NCBI RefSeq assembly: GCF_009914755.1
Contig: NC_060934.1
Direction: 5' to 3' (one strand)
Origin: the human T2T-CHM13v2.0 reference genome, Homo sapiens
Length of the DNA stretch: 64,000 nucleotides
A model generated the notes under the pieces. The model saw only the letters and a list, made by a program, of their open reading frames with translations. It did no database searches and had not been told where the DNA came from. A program made the translations under genes and the position numbers. Below, piece after piece: positions 1 to 15,151 of this stretch; positions within the stretch are counted from its first letter, which is position 1, and every line of letters starts with the position of its first letter.

Positions 1-559
1 TTTTTTTCTTACCGTTTTTGAGAGGTTAAATTGTAAAAATAGTATTCTTCCTTCTGATTTTTTGTTTACTGATTTCCTGATCAATAACTGTCTCCTTGTT
101 TTTCACAATAATCTTCAGATTCTGGAAAACCAAGCTGCTGACAACTAGGGGTGCAAGAGCATAAGCGATGTAAAGAAATAAAGAATAAAGTCAACTAAAT
201 TATGGCATCTCTCATTCAAGAGCCTCATGTGATGGGAAGTATGTGTTTCTTTCAAAGCCTCTGTTGCTTCTGAAGCCCCATGAGACGATCTTGTTGATTC
301 ATAATCTTTAATCCAGTCTTTAAGCTCTGACAGATAAAGGACCAGGTACCATTTCAGGTTCCTAAAGGGTAGGAGCGAGACCATGAAGGCCTGGGTTCCA
401 CAGAGAATATGATAATTGCATGGGGAAGTATGAAAGTGATGGCATGCTTCTTAACTTTCAAAGAAGGGCACCTTCTAAGTTGATTTCCCTCAAGGTCTTA
501 AGAAGGGCTGGAGGAAGGTATCAATTGTTTTGCAATAACAAGATTTCATGACCAAGCAT

Positions 560-790
560 GTTGATGAAATTTAGCACCCATATCTGATTAAAAACTCTTT
601 TTAAAACTAACAGTCAAATGTTAATGGAAAAACACTAGATAAACAGTAAATTAAGGAACAAAGGTCATTATGATTAACGTTTCAAGTTATTTTATCCTTA
701 GCCAAAGCAATAAAAAGCAATGTAAGTAAATAAAATGACTGGAAGAGAGTAAAAAATCACTGTAATCTGCGGATGACGGAATTGCCCTTT
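560..790 (+). mobile_element. Old L1 (L1M) ORF2 fragment
   Basis: Degenerate L1 ORF2-like sequence, including 'cacccatatctgattaaaaactc' and 'ctgcggatgac' (RT ADD motif region). Confidence 0.5.
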
Positions 791-794
791 TAGT

Positions 795-2020
795 CAAGGC
801 AGATTTACATGGAGTTAATAAATATTAAGATTTCAGGTCACACTTTTGCATAGACCTCTGTATAATATTTGCAAAACTAGTGTATTTGTATTAAAATTGA
901 CGAAGACCATGCTTTTCACCATGTATTCCTCCTTTATATTTCCTTTGTGTTTACTGGCATTGAAGTGGCCACAAGCATGTTGAGGATCTGGGTAACTACA
1001 AGCCAAGTTAGGGCACCTGTGTTGGGACAGATTATGTAGCGCTCATTCCTTCAGGGCACCCCCAAGTAGGAATGGCTTTTGCAATATACTTTCTTCTCAC
1101 TGTGCCATTGGACTTGACCTTGAACACAGTGTAGGAACAGGGGTCAAATTGTTATAGATGTGTGGCCCATGTTGCTCAGCATCAGGAACTTGTAAGTAGA
1201 GTAGGAACTAATTTGCCATAAACAGAATCAGAAGCTAGTCTGTAGGAAAGTATCCCCCAAGCTATGCAGATCATGTGAATGAAATGTGGCCTTTTCCAAA
1301 TTTGATCACCATCCTAATAATTTACATGGCATCCCCAACAGCAAGTTATGAAAAAAAGGAATTTTCCAACTATCAATAATAATAAACAACTTTTGATCAA
1401 GTGTGCTAGAGGTAAGACTAAATTATCTATGTTGTTTTATTATTTTTTTTAGAGATAGATTCTGTCTCTGTCACCCAGACTGGAGTGCAGTGGTGCCATC
1501 ATAGCTGACTGCAGCCTCTAACCACTGGACTCAAGCGACCTCCCTGCCTTAGTCTCCAGAGTAGCTAGGACTATCGGTGCGTGCAACCATGCCCAGCTAA
1601 TTTTTTTTTTTTTTGTAAAGATAGGGTCTCACTGTGTTGCCTAGGCTGGTCTCGAACTCCTGGCTTCAAGCGATCCTCCATCCTTGGCCTCCCAAAGTGT
1701 TGGGATTACAGACATGAGCCACTGTGCCTGGCCTCTATATTCTGTATAGAAAAATATTCATTATTCATCAACATGTGAAGAGGTGATCAAACAGCATTTG
1801 GCTAAAAAGGTATGAAAAGGAGAATTGGAAACAGGTGTCAAGTAATTCATGAATAAGATCTTATGTTGCCCTTCTGGAGTGTATGCATTTTCTAGTATTG
1901 GTTAATTTAAAAAAATAAATTTGGTGTTGTGATTTCTTTACTTATTTTAAATATTCTTTTAATACTTGATTTTGTATTCATATTTTTAATTTTTTTCAGG
2001 TGATTAGGTATCTTCAGATA
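795..2020 (+). mobile_element. Zaphod-like hAT-Tip100 DNA transposon relic, interrupted by AluJ
   Basis: 5' end 'caaggcagatttacatggagttaataaatattaagatttcagg' resembles the Zaphod terminus; 1293-1430 plus 1734-1810 translate, with a frameshift and a stop, to a hATC dimerisation-like sequence FPNLITILIIYMASPTAS..LSIIINNF*SSVLEVRLNYL|SIFCIEK; 3' boundary approximate. Confidence 0.7.
1432..1733 (-). mobile_element. AluJ
   Basis: Antisense dimeric Alu with J-type features (atagctgactgcagcct, tcaagcgatcctcc). Confidence 0.93.
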
Positions 2021-2739
2021 AATATTTGGTCTTTCATTTTAGACCCTCTCATGCCCGGCCCACCCACACACAAATACATTCTCTTTCTCATTCTGGTATG
2101 TTGGTATGGGAATAGGCCAAGCAGTAATGTGGCCCAGCCAAGGACCAGGGAGCTTTGGAGGTGGAACTGCACCGTGGGGCCTCCCAGGGAATGCCTTTCA
2201 CTCTCTCATGTCCTTAGATATCACCATACTTCCTTGGATGGACACATTCAAGATCAGTGTTACCTGCCAATTCTTGGATCATTCCAAAATTTGGCGTTGA
2301 ATCAACTCCCTTTCCTCTTGAATGTCCCACAATGCCCTGCGATAAGGAGGGGAGAGCTTTCTTCCTTCCTCTCCCTGTTTGGAAGGACCCCCACCAGTGT
2401 GGAGTAACTCTGTTTCCAGACTTGCTCTTCAACATGTTAAAGGAAGGGCTTTGCCATGTGAACATTCTTCTTTCCTCAAATCCTGCTTCTAAGAATTGTC
2501 TTGTTATTAACAAGAAAACTCGATTTGACACTTAAAACATAATTCCCATGTTCAGCTACATGTTCATTATTTGTTCAGTAGAAAATAAGCTCCAAGAAGT
2601 GAGAACCTTTTCCTTTTCTTCACTGTCTCCACAGTGCCCAGACAATGCTAGGCATGTAACGGTTGCTCAGTAAATACTTCTCTGATGAAAAAGTGGCTTC
2701 TGTCATGGAGAACTTGCCCATCAATAGGTATTCCAGTTT

Positions 2740-3860
<1,121 letters not shown>

Positions 3861-4377
3861 TGGCTCGTGGACTTTTTCATTCATTCAGCACATTTTTGTT
3901 AAGTGCCTGTTATGTGCCAGGAACTCTTCCACTTTATTGCCAGCAATTAAAATTAAGTTTTCCTACTCCCTAGGTTTTAGACTTGCATTGATCCACAAAT
4001 CAATCCTCTTTTGGTATATATCCAAACTAGGTTTGAGTCTTCCTCCATGAAGTACAATTCTGCCTGAGTTTCTTCCTCTTTGCTCAAATCCCAGTGTACA
4101 GTGTTGAGCAGAGCTGCTCAGGGAAGTGGTCTCCAGGCTGCTGGCTATCTGCAGACCATGTGCCATTGGTCTCTTACATGTTAAACACAGACATGGAGGC
4201 TGACCTCTCAAAAAGTTTTAGAGCAATCTGACAGAGTAATTTTATGTCGGTGAATTTTATGACTGGTAATAAAAAGACTGGCTTCTATTTTGTATGCTTT
4301 TTATCATTTCTTTTTCTAGTAGTTCATTTTAATTGTTTTAGACAAAATTATCAGATCTGAAATTTGTCAACAAATAA

Positions 4378-4782
<405 letters not shown>

Positions 4783-6069
4783 AAGACATCATGTTTTAAA
4801 CAGTCTTGAATCATTGGAGTTTGTCATTTTATGTTAATTGTGACTCAAACACAGGATGTCAGAGTGACCTGTGGGTCATTTTGTGTCCTTAGGAAGAGTG
4901 ATTCACGGCCGGGGTCTGGGCATCTCTGTTTTTCTAGCGCTTTGATTGTTTTGCCCCTTCTCCAGTGCCCAGCATACCACCTAACACACGGCAGGTGTTC
5001 CTTAAGTATTTTGGATAAGAGAATGACTGTATAAAGTCAAGTTTAAACTACATCCAGTGTGTGTGTGGTGGGGTGGGGGGGAACACGTGTGTACAAAGAA
5101 GGTTGATATGGCTTCGGACTAAGAAAGCATTTGCTTTCTGGTCAACTTCCTTCCTTTACATTTTGATGTAACACATTTCTGTCCTACAAAGAAAAAATGG
5201 TGCTTGAACATGGAACAAAAGTATCTTTTGTAGCATAGGATTCATTCTTAGAATAATTTTACTGCTTCACTGATCCCTGTTTCTGTCTCTGCACTCTTGT
5301 TTCTCAACAACAGCAAATACAACAACAGATACTAATGACCATTCTTCACAAACTAATTTATATCTCAATTTTTAATATATATGTTACATGTGGTGAATCG
5401 TGGCCATGCATATTAACATGGAAAGCTCTGACTCCTTACATGCACACATGTTAAGCACTGACTGTCCATATGCATATGTGCGAAGTGCTGAATAATTGGT
5501 GCATTCCTACTTGAGCTCTCTGCAGAGGCTGATTGGAAATATCATTCTCCTGGGATGTGTCTCCCTCGTCTACCTTGTCATTGGGGTAACGACGCCATGC
5601 CTAGGATGGAGCACCTTTCCTCCACCTCTCTCCTGGAGACTGCAGCGGTGTATGTTTTGCACATATTACAATGAATAAATTAAGTGTAAAAATAACACTT
5701 CAAGAATGTTTACCACTGCTTTAAGTTAATGGATTTCAACAAAGTTATCACGGCATTTATCATTTCTTTTATCTTGGTGATGGAAGTCTATCAGAAGCTA
5801 TCTTTACAAATAAAACACAGGAGAGATTTGTGATGATATTTTGAATAATGTATTAAAAAACACGTTCACTCAGAAACTGAATGCATGCAATCACACAATA
5901 GGAGTTTTACCCTACATTCTGGATATAAATACTTAAGCTTTCACTTCAGTTGTTTGGACAACACAATAGAAGCATAAACTAGCGGGGAAGAACAGCTAGT
6001 CGACTGAGCAGCTAAGACCTACATGTTATATTTGTTTACTTTAAATGAGTCTTTCAGTCTTTATGAAAG

Positions 6070-6798
6070 TGAAACCACCTTTGCAAAATAACTGAGGAAA
6101 TTATGACAGTCCAAGGAATCAGACCTAACCGACCCTATCTTGCTTCTAACCCTTAAGCTGTCCTTGTTCATTCCTCGGCGTAGGCCGAACTAACTTTGGG
6201 AAGGAATTCAGTTCATGGTTTGACTCTGAAACATAATTGATAACAGCCCTTTCCAGAAAAGAACCCCTTCTTGCCTGGGGACCAGTCTGCCTCTGCAGGA
6301 CTAACAAATTAGCTACAAGGTTAGAAATTACAATATAGGGGTCATGCAGCCTCTGGCTCCAAGACTCTGAACCTCCTCGAATTGCTCCTGGGGATAACAT
6401 CACTATTGTAAAACCTATAATCAGTGCTTGAGATATGTTGCAGATCCTGCACCTCCATGGATCAGCTGACACCACCCAGAACAGTCATCTGGCCCAACCA
6501 GTTCTGCCACCCCACCCAGGAACAGAAGACAGCAAGAAAACCTCACTATGACCCTCTATGATTCCATCTCCAACCTGAGCAATCAGCACTCCCCACTTCC
6601 CAAGCCCCTACTCACCAAATTATCTTTAAAAATTCTGATCCCCGAATGCTCAGGGAGACTGATTTGAGTAATAGTAAAACTCCGGCCTCCCACAAGGCGG
6701 GCTCTGCGTGAATCACTCTTTTGCCATTGCCATTCCCCTGTGTGGATAAATCGACTCTGTCTAGGCAATGGGCAGGGTGAACCCATTGGGCAGTTACA
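6070..6798 (+). mobile_element. Solo LTR8A-like (ERV1)
   Basis: Starts TGAAACCACCTTTGCAAAAT, ends GAACCCATTGGGCAGTTACA; TG..CA termini; 4-bp TSD AAAG on both sides. Confidence 0.88.
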
Positions 6799-7413
6799 AA
6801 AGCAACCGAGGATTCCCAGCAAAAGATAATGTGGAGAGTATTCCCTCCCACCCAGGGTACCCTGTTCTCTTCATCCTGTGTGCCCTTGTTCCATCACTGA
6901 AATCCAGACCTTTGGTCTTAAAAATAAAAGCCAGAAATTAGCTACCAAATGTTGGCAGTTTTATAAGCTACAAGAAAGCAATAGGCTGCTCTTAAGTTTG
7001 CATTTTGTGTCAGATATTGGCTAGGGTTAAAGGTTCAAGTAAATTTTATGCCTTCCACTATTTTGTTAGGGTGAGGAGACAATATTTCTAGCACTTTTCC
7101 AATGTTCAACTGCATATGACATATTTATGCATGAAATTTCTTGCCTCTGGATTTAATGAATATGACTTTTAATCCTAAGGATGGTTTTATCATCATCTAG
7201 CCAAGATTTCACGTCTTCGCTGCTTCTGTCCGAGTGGTCAAGGAAAAGATAAATGGTAAATTGAAGGTTTAAAATAATGATTTTGTCAGTAAATCAGTAA
7301 ATACTCCATATTTGATGGTGGCTATGACTTTGAAAAATTTTAAAGTTTGTGTTGAAAAAATGTGGCTCTTCTTCGTCTTGCACTTTTTTCTTCTGGGTAA
7401 CAGTAAGATAACA

Positions 7414-7712
7414 TTTTTTTTTTTTTTTTTTTTGAAACAGAGTATAGCTCTGTCTCCAGGCTGGAGTGCAGTGGCATTGATCTGTACTCACTGCAACCTC
7501 TGACTCCTTGGACAAGTGATTCTCCTGCCTCAGCCTCCTGAAAAGCAGGGATTACAAGCACGCACCACCACCCCCAGCTAATTTTTGTATTTTTAGTAGA
7601 GACATGGTTTCACCATGTTGGCCAGGATGGTCTCGATCTCCTGACCTCGTGATCTGCCTGCCTCGGCCTCCCAAAGTTCTGGGATTACAGGCGTGAGCCA
7701 CCGCGCCTGGCC
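7414..7712 (-). mobile_element. AluS
   Basis: Full-length antisense Alu; 'aacatt' on both flanks. Confidence 0.95.
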
Positions 7713-10215
7713 AACATTATTAGTTTTTAATCACAGCAATTTTTGTTAGTAACAAATTTAAACATACATAGTCCTTTTGCTCTCTAGCATCTACAATACT
7801 CTTGGTTCAGGATTTAAGAGGTATTACACCCAGATGTGACTGTCCTACGTGTGTGCTCAAGGCTACATTAAGAATTTTTTTCTCTTTCCTGCCACATCTT
7901 TTCTTCACCCTGTGTTTGCCTGTGCACCTGCCTCTTCTGGAAGCAGCTATGAGGACAGGGTTTCCCCATCACCCGTGCTCACAACCCCACACAGTGCCTC
8001 CCATAGAGTGGGCTTAGTCCATTTTCACTTGCAAAAGAAAACACACTGGCTCCTCTGTGTAATTCTGAATTTTAGAGGAGATCTTAATTCAGTAAATTAC
8101 TATTATGTTTTGAACTTGAATAATGAATGTAAGAAAAACTGCAGTGCATGAGACAGGAAAGCTACTCCCTCTCCACTGATAAATACTTATCACTTGGAAA
8201 TAAAATTTTTAAGCAATCAGAAGGAGACTTCATGTAGAAAATGGGCCTGGCACTGTTGTCCTGCAATGGAAACGGAGGCTTTGTCTCCAGGGTTCCAGGA
8301 AATGTTTCGAGTTAACTCTAACAAGGCCATATTCTAAGCATAAAAATTTAATGACGATACATAATTTTAACAAGTCTGAAGTCACTGATTAAAGAAAATT
8401 AAAATGGTGTGTATGGTAGGTGCCTTAACTCTCCTTAGAATATAGAAGATTATTGATACTGCAATTAAAAAAATGTCTATCCTGTTTTTAACCTTATTTT
8501 TTAAAAGAAAAACTGAACAACATGTTTGACATTTGCCACCACTTTTGGGTTTAGTTTTACAAGGTTATTAATCACAGCACACTTTGATACTGGGGGAAAG
8601 AGGATTGGAGTTGAAGTAGAAAAGCTAAGGCCAAGCCATTCCAAAATAATGAGACTTCTCTTTCAAATATGATTTTAATTATAAAGCTATCTCTGACTTT
8701 CTGCAGTATCAAAACTTGGTTTTCTTGGAACTCAGATTATACTAAGAAAAAGGCACAGAGTCAATCAAAGATACACAAACCCACTTCCTCTGAAGATGTA
8801 ATCACACAGTCCGCACCTCACTGTGGGCCTGCCAGCCCCATGCCCAGGGCCCTGGCTTCTCGATGACCAAGCTTTGGAAGAGCCCCAGAGTTTCCCATTC
8901 TGGTGCACACTGCCCAAGGTAGAATGAAAGGGAAAATTCCAAAGAGGCCAGAGAAGTATTTTCTTTTTCATTGAGAAGAAGAAAGTCATCTTAAAGTTGC
9001 ATTTACTTTTTCCTTCATGAAAAGCAAACACAGAACAAAACAGAAACAGAATCAAAATCAAACCAAAAAACCCGGGGAGAGAACTTGACGTCCTGGGGCA
9101 AAACCTGAAGCATCTCAGTCATTCCTCCAGCAAAAGAAGAAAAGTCAGAAAGAATCCCTGAAAACAAATCCTAATACAGCCATGTGCGTGGTTGGCCTCT
9201 GCCCACAGGGCTGCAGCCTGGCTTGGGGATAAGCCTTTTGATGTATGTGGCTTTCTTAAAAACAAGGAAATCCTGTTCTGCTAAAAAATGTCCAGTTGCT
9301 GTGGTTCTAAGAAATTAAGTAGCCTTGACTAAGTCAATTCTATATTATTTTAGTTAAAAGAGAAAAAAGAAAAACTTCAATCACAATGGAAGCATTTAAT
9401 CTCATTGATTATTTAATCAAAATATATTTAAGTCATACGGAGGACCAGTTAGCTAGCTAGAAAGATGAGCAGTAATCTTACGGGTTGAGGAAAACAAAAA
9501 CAGAAGAGGAATAATTTGGGTTTCCTCATCCTAGTCAAGTTTTCTTTTCCTTTGAAAATGCTGTATTAGCATTTAAGGGAGTCCGGTCTTGGTTCTCCCA
9601 TTTTATGCTAAAGTTAATTAAATTTTGTCTTTGTATCTAATTATTAATGTCACAAATAACTTTTTAGTAGCTAAAAGTAGTTCCACTGCAAATCCCTATA
9701 TTTTCTGTTAATAGTGATATTAACTAAATAATAGAGATGTTTATCAGGATAGTAGCTATGTGTTTAGGCAAAGCTGTTACCCAAATAAGTTACAAGCGTC
9801 TTGATGTAGGTTTTGCTCATGAGCATGTTTTTCACTCCGATAAAGCAAGTTACTTTAAAAGGTGAGCCCATTTTGCTAAAATGACTCCCAGAAATCCATT
9901 CAAACAATATCATATTTCTGAACGTGAAACCCTTTTATTATTATTATTTTAATTTTAACCCTTTTATTATTACTACTTAATTATAATTTGAAGTAAGCAG
10001 TCTTGCTTACTGACGTATGTGTCTGAGTAACTTTTCAGTTGTGTTTATCTAATAACCTTTATGGGAAAGGAATCTTTTTGCCTAAAATTGTAGTTAGCCA
10101 GAGAAATGTTTAAAGGACAACCAAAATTTATATATATTATAAATATTATATATATTGTAATAATATTTACACATGTAATATTTGTATATATAATAGTATT
10201 TACATATACACTATT

Positions 10216-10663
10216 TGTGAAAGAAAAATATCTTGGGCCCCCAAGTTATCCCTCATTAAGCTAAAAGGATAATTCAAGCTGGGAATTGCTTAGGGCAAAG
10301 GTGCTTTCCCTTCTATTCTCTCAGCTCATTGAGATAAATGCATATCTGATTGCCTCCTTTGAAAAGGCTAATCAAACACTCAAAATAATGCAACCATTTG
10401 TCCCTCACCTACCTGTGACCTGAAAGCCCCCTCCTCACTTCCAGTAGTCCCACCTGTCTGGACTGAACCAATGTTCATTTTACATATGTTGATTAATGTC
10501 TCATTTCTTCCTAAAATGTATAAAAGCAAGCTGCGCTCTAACCACCCCTTGAACACATGTCATCAGGGCCTCCTGAGGCTGTATCATGGGTGCGCATCGT
10601 CATCCCTGGCAAAATAAACCTTCTAAATTAACTGAGACATGTCTCAAATTTTTGGGGTTCACA
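10216..10663 (+). mobile_element. Solo MER4A1-like LTR (ERV1)
   Basis: Starts TGTGAAAGAAAAATATCTTGGGCCCC, has AATAAA near the 3' end, ends GGGGTTCACA; inserted in TA-rich sequence. Confidence 0.88.
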
Positions 10664-12237
10664 GGTTTATACATATATTATATACTATATACACTATATT
10701 ATATATTAGATACACTCTATTAGCTCTTTGGGCAGAGCTAAGATAGAAGAAGAGAAGGAGTTTTGGAAGCAGAGGGGTAGGAAATAATGGAAGTGATCTA
10801 AGAATAGCTAACATGGGAAGTTCAGAGAAATGAAGAAAACTAGTATGAAGGTAAGACCATGGTAAGTTTCAGCTGAAGAGAAGTCGGATTTGGGATTGGT
10901 GATACGGTGGTATAGTTTGTTGTTTTGTTTTGTTTTGTTTTTTTAAGATATTAACTAGGAATGGTTTTCCCTGTCTCCTCTCCTTCCTTCCCCCATTCTC
11001 AATCTGCCAGCCGCCCCTCTGTGGGGGTCGCAGGGATGGTGGGAAACACAGCAAGCCCAAAGAAAAGCCTTTGAATTCCCTCATAGGCTTTGAGTCCTCA
11101 AGGCCTGAATCCACCAAGCTGATTGTTCCAGAAGCGCCAGCAGGAAATGCCTGGGATCCCCTCAGAGAGACCAGAAGAAGGAAGGAGGAGCGTGGTCAGG
11201 AAGAGGCCCTGTGGGCTGGGAAGAGGGGCGGTCTTCCTCAGACGGGTTCTCCGTCAGCAGACCACCCAGCCGCAGCTGTTTCCCTGCAAGCGTCATCTGT
11301 GATTCCAGTGAGTTCTCACCAGGGAGGTGTTTTTGCCTGGGTTCTAGCGTCCCAGGGAAAGGTTTTGCAAGGCAAGATAACTAGGTCATCGTTCCCGCCG
11401 CATAATCCAATCAGATATTCTTTTCTGACCCACCAAAGTGGAACTCTTATAAAGAATAATAATTATTGAGAAACAATTTTGACTTATCTAAAGCACATTA
11501 GGAGATGTTTTATTTTTCTCTCACTTTTCATACTCCATTTTTCTTCTTTTCTTCCAAGCCTCATATCTTTTCTTGGAGGAAAACCACAAAGGGTTCCCTG
11601 ACGGAACACTTCAGGGCCTTTTCATCTCAGGCCTCTTTACAATCTTTCAGGGAAGAATAGCTTATAATTTATCAGAAGGAAGGGAGGTCAGCCCTCCTGA
11701 GGGGGTGTCAGGCTGCTGGAAATGTCAGAAGTTCGGTCCCCCGCCCCCTGAGTCACAGAGCAAGAGGCAGCCGCGCGGGGCCACTTGGTGTGTGCAGCTG
11801 CTGCAAGGCTGCAGCCTGGAGGCATGTGGAGATGCTCCTGCAGTAACAGAGCACGCTAGGGGATACTTCAACTTCTTGCATCCTGCAGCTTGACTTACAT
11901 TTAATTCGATAACCACTGAAAGGTTCTCTGCAGTTTATCAGCCTGGTCCCTGAATTAGATCCCTGAGGCAAGCTCTACTCATTCTCACTACTCTCTCTCT
12001 ACCCCGGAACACTTGTCTCTCCCTCATGTATCTCCCCTCCCTCTATAAAGCCTTTCCCTCAGTGATTTCACCCACTCCCATGGATTTGACACTTCCTTAT
12101 GTTATCATCTAAGACCAAACTAACCCCTTTCTTGAATTTTTAAACCTTACTAGAGGTATCATTCTAACTCCTGTCTACTGGGAGACTAGATATCGTCTCT
12201 ATCTTGAGTGCTCTCTCTAAAGCCATAATAGATACAT

Positions 12238-12430
12238 GAACAGATGGATGGCAGGCTGGATGGATGGCTGTCTGGATGGCTGGATGGATAGATGGAGGAA
12301 TGGATACATGGATGGATAGATGGATAGATGGATGGATAAATGGATGGATGAATGGATGGATGGATGCATGGATGGATGGATATGGAGTGATAGATGATAA
12401 ATATATTTGGATAGATAGATATGGATAAAT
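12238..12430 (+). repeat. (TGGA)n/(TAGA)n compound microsatellite
   Basis: Degenerate tetranucleotide repeats visible directly. Confidence 0.95.
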
Positions 12431-12599
12431 AGCTAATTACATTTATAGACAAGTAAATATAGGTGATTGACAGAGATACCGTGCCTTCTTCTGATCCACA
12501 TGTTAAGAATAGCAGTCTTGCTGTGGCCTCTGTTCTTAGGATTTCACATAAAACTGCTTTCATCCACACAATAGTGCTCTCCACGTTGCTAAGTCTGAT

Positions 12600-13700
12600 G
12601 ATATTTTATTCAGAATTATTTAATTTGAACTTTAGGAGCATTTGATGCAGTTGACCATACATTTCTTCTTGAGACCCTTCACTATTTCCTGATTTTCCTT
12701 TTACTTTATTGGTTGTTTCTATCAGGTCTATTTTGCTGTCTCTCTCTCCCCTTCTCAAACTCTGAATGTCAGAGAGAGAGATTCGTCACCCTCTTTTCTT
12801 CTCTGAGAGTCCTTCCTTCCTGGGTGACTTCATGCAAACTTATGGCTCTGAAAACATCTGTATGCAAATAGCTCACTCTGTACTTCCAGCCAAGACTTCT
12901 CTGATTAGCTCCAGACTGTCATATTCATTGCCTACTTGACATCTCCATTGAACTATCTCATCAATTGTGCAAGTTTGATAGGAACAAAAGAAAGTTCTCC
13001 AGCAAAGCTAGTAGGTATATAAATAAATAAAAAGATTAACAGTGTTTTTCTAGTCCTCTTTGCCCCAGTGAACAGTTCCACCACTGCTCTAGTTTGTCAA
13101 ACTTCAGGCTTACAATTTCAAGCTAATTCCTCCCTTTCTGTTATCTCCCACGTCTGATCCATTACAACATCTTATTGCTTCCATCAAGTGTGGCCATTTT
13201 CTGCTGCTCCAGCACCAGCATCTCAGTCCAAGATGCTATGATCTTTCATCAGAATGGACCCAATAGCTTCCTAAATTCCCAATGGGTCCCATGCTACATC
13301 AACAATTTCATTCACTCATTTACCTAAGCCATAGTTATTGAAGACCATTATGTTTCTGACATTATTTTAGAGAGTGAACATAGAATCATATACAATATTA
13401 AGGTGATTGTAGAGCAAGAGATAGACTGTAAAAGAGTAGATGAATAACTAACTAATTTATATCAAGCCTTTGGTGAGGGCAGTGAACAAAGATGAAGACG
13501 GGAAAGTCTAGCAGATGGTGGAGATGGAAGGTGTTGTTTTAGACAGGTGTCTGGGGAAGCCACCGAGAAAGCTTCTGATGTGGAGATCCAGAGCAAGAAT
13601 TAGGAGCAAGGGGCATAGCAAATGCCTGCATCATTGTCTCAGCTCTGGACCTGCTTCCAAACTGGTGAGGTGTGGAATATTTCGAGCAGAGGAGTTGCAT
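12600..13700. mobile_element. L2 LINE fragments
   Basis: L2-like motifs such as 'gctccagactgtcatattcattgcctacttgacatctcca' and 'ttcattcactcattt'; boundaries approximate. Confidence 0.6.
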
Positions 13701-14793
13701 TATCTAACATGCTCTGAAAAGGTCTCTTGGCCGATGGGTGAGGAAGCACCTCATTCCCTGTAATACACATAAGAAGTCATTCCTGTCCACTAGTCTGTGC
13801 CGTGCTTCCCATGTTTGCTGCCGTTCAGCCCAGTGGCCTCTCTCCCTGGAATGGAATGTGTGATCTGGTGGACTGGCTTTGGTGTGAGCTCCTCTCTCCA
13901 CTGTGACACTGTTGTCCTTTGTCTTCATGTCTTCCTGCTCTTTCTCCCCACTCAGATCTCGGCTCAGCCCAGACCTCCTCTCCTTCCTCTCTCCTTCTCC
14001 AGTCCTCAAGTTACAGTACTGTGTCAGTCCTTCTTACATTACTCTCCTCTACTCATCTTCTTAGTACTCATGCCTATTTGGTATTTTGTGGTGTTGTTTA
14101 TCCTTTTGTTAATTTTTATATTCCATTTTTCCTCAGTGCAATTTAATTTTTAAGGTTGTTGAGTGCAAGGATCTTGCCTGCTTTGTAATGCTAAATCTCA
14201 AGCACAAGGAAGTGCACAGCATGGATATTTGTTGAATGAGTAAATGAATGAATGACCACTGGCATTCAGGGGTTGGCTAGTCATCAAAAGGTGATGTTCT
14301 TGGGTTATAAAAAGGCAGATAGAGTTCGGTCCCCATTGTTGAGAGGCTTATAATATAGTGATGGATAGAGTGAGCGCATGGATGGTTGGATCATAAATCA
14401 ATCTGTATAAAGACAGAGAGGTAAATGGATGAAGGTGGTGTATATATATAGCAATATAAAGCCTATTTAAATCTGCAGTTTCTTTTAATGACTGCCTTCC
14501 TATGAAAACTTTGCCAGCACTTAGCATGGTATGTAAAACTGAGTAAGTTCTGAATAATGATTTGTTTACCACATAAATATGTTAGTAAATGAATGAAGGT
14601 GGCTTAAGTTTGAGGAAGTCCTTACCATTTATCAAGATATTCTCTTATTCAATATATAATTCACAGAGATGAGGTGCTTATAAACCCTGAAAATAATGTG
14701 TTTAATTTGAGGAGGCACTTTCTAGGTCACAAAGGTGGTTACAGAATCAGGAACACGACAGTAGAAAACACCCAGCTTTATTGAGAACCTCCT

Positions 14794-15151
14794 GCCAAAT
14801 GGTTTAGCTTTATGTCCCTTGCCAAATTTCACCTTGACTTGTAATAATCCCCGTGTGTCATGGGAGGGACCCAGCAGGAAGCAATTGAATCATAGGGGTG
14901 AGTTTTTTTCTGTGCTGTTCTTGTGATAGTGAATAAGTCTCACAAGATCTGATGGCTTTATAGATGGGAGTTTTCCTGCACACGCCCTCTTTCCTGCCGC
15001 CATGTAAGACATCACTTTGCTCTTCCTTTGTCTTTTGCCATCATTGTGAGTTCTCCCCAGACATATGGAATTGTGAGTCCATTAAACTTCTTTCCTTTAT
15101 AAATTACCCACCCTCAAGTATCTTTATTAGCAGCATGAGAATGGACTAATA
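14794..15151 (+). mobile_element. THE1B/C solo LTR (ERVL-MaLR)
   Basis: 'gtcatgggagggaccc', 'gaataagtctcacaagatctgatgg', ends 'ggactaatac'. Confidence 0.9.

Noticed and set aside
10930-11893. 179-aa and 106-aa ORFs in a GC-richer stretch
   Set aside because: Non-ATG starts, no recognisable domain and no convincing splice structure.
12186-12584. IHPS-repeat ORF
   Set aside because: Translation of the (TGGA)n microsatellite.
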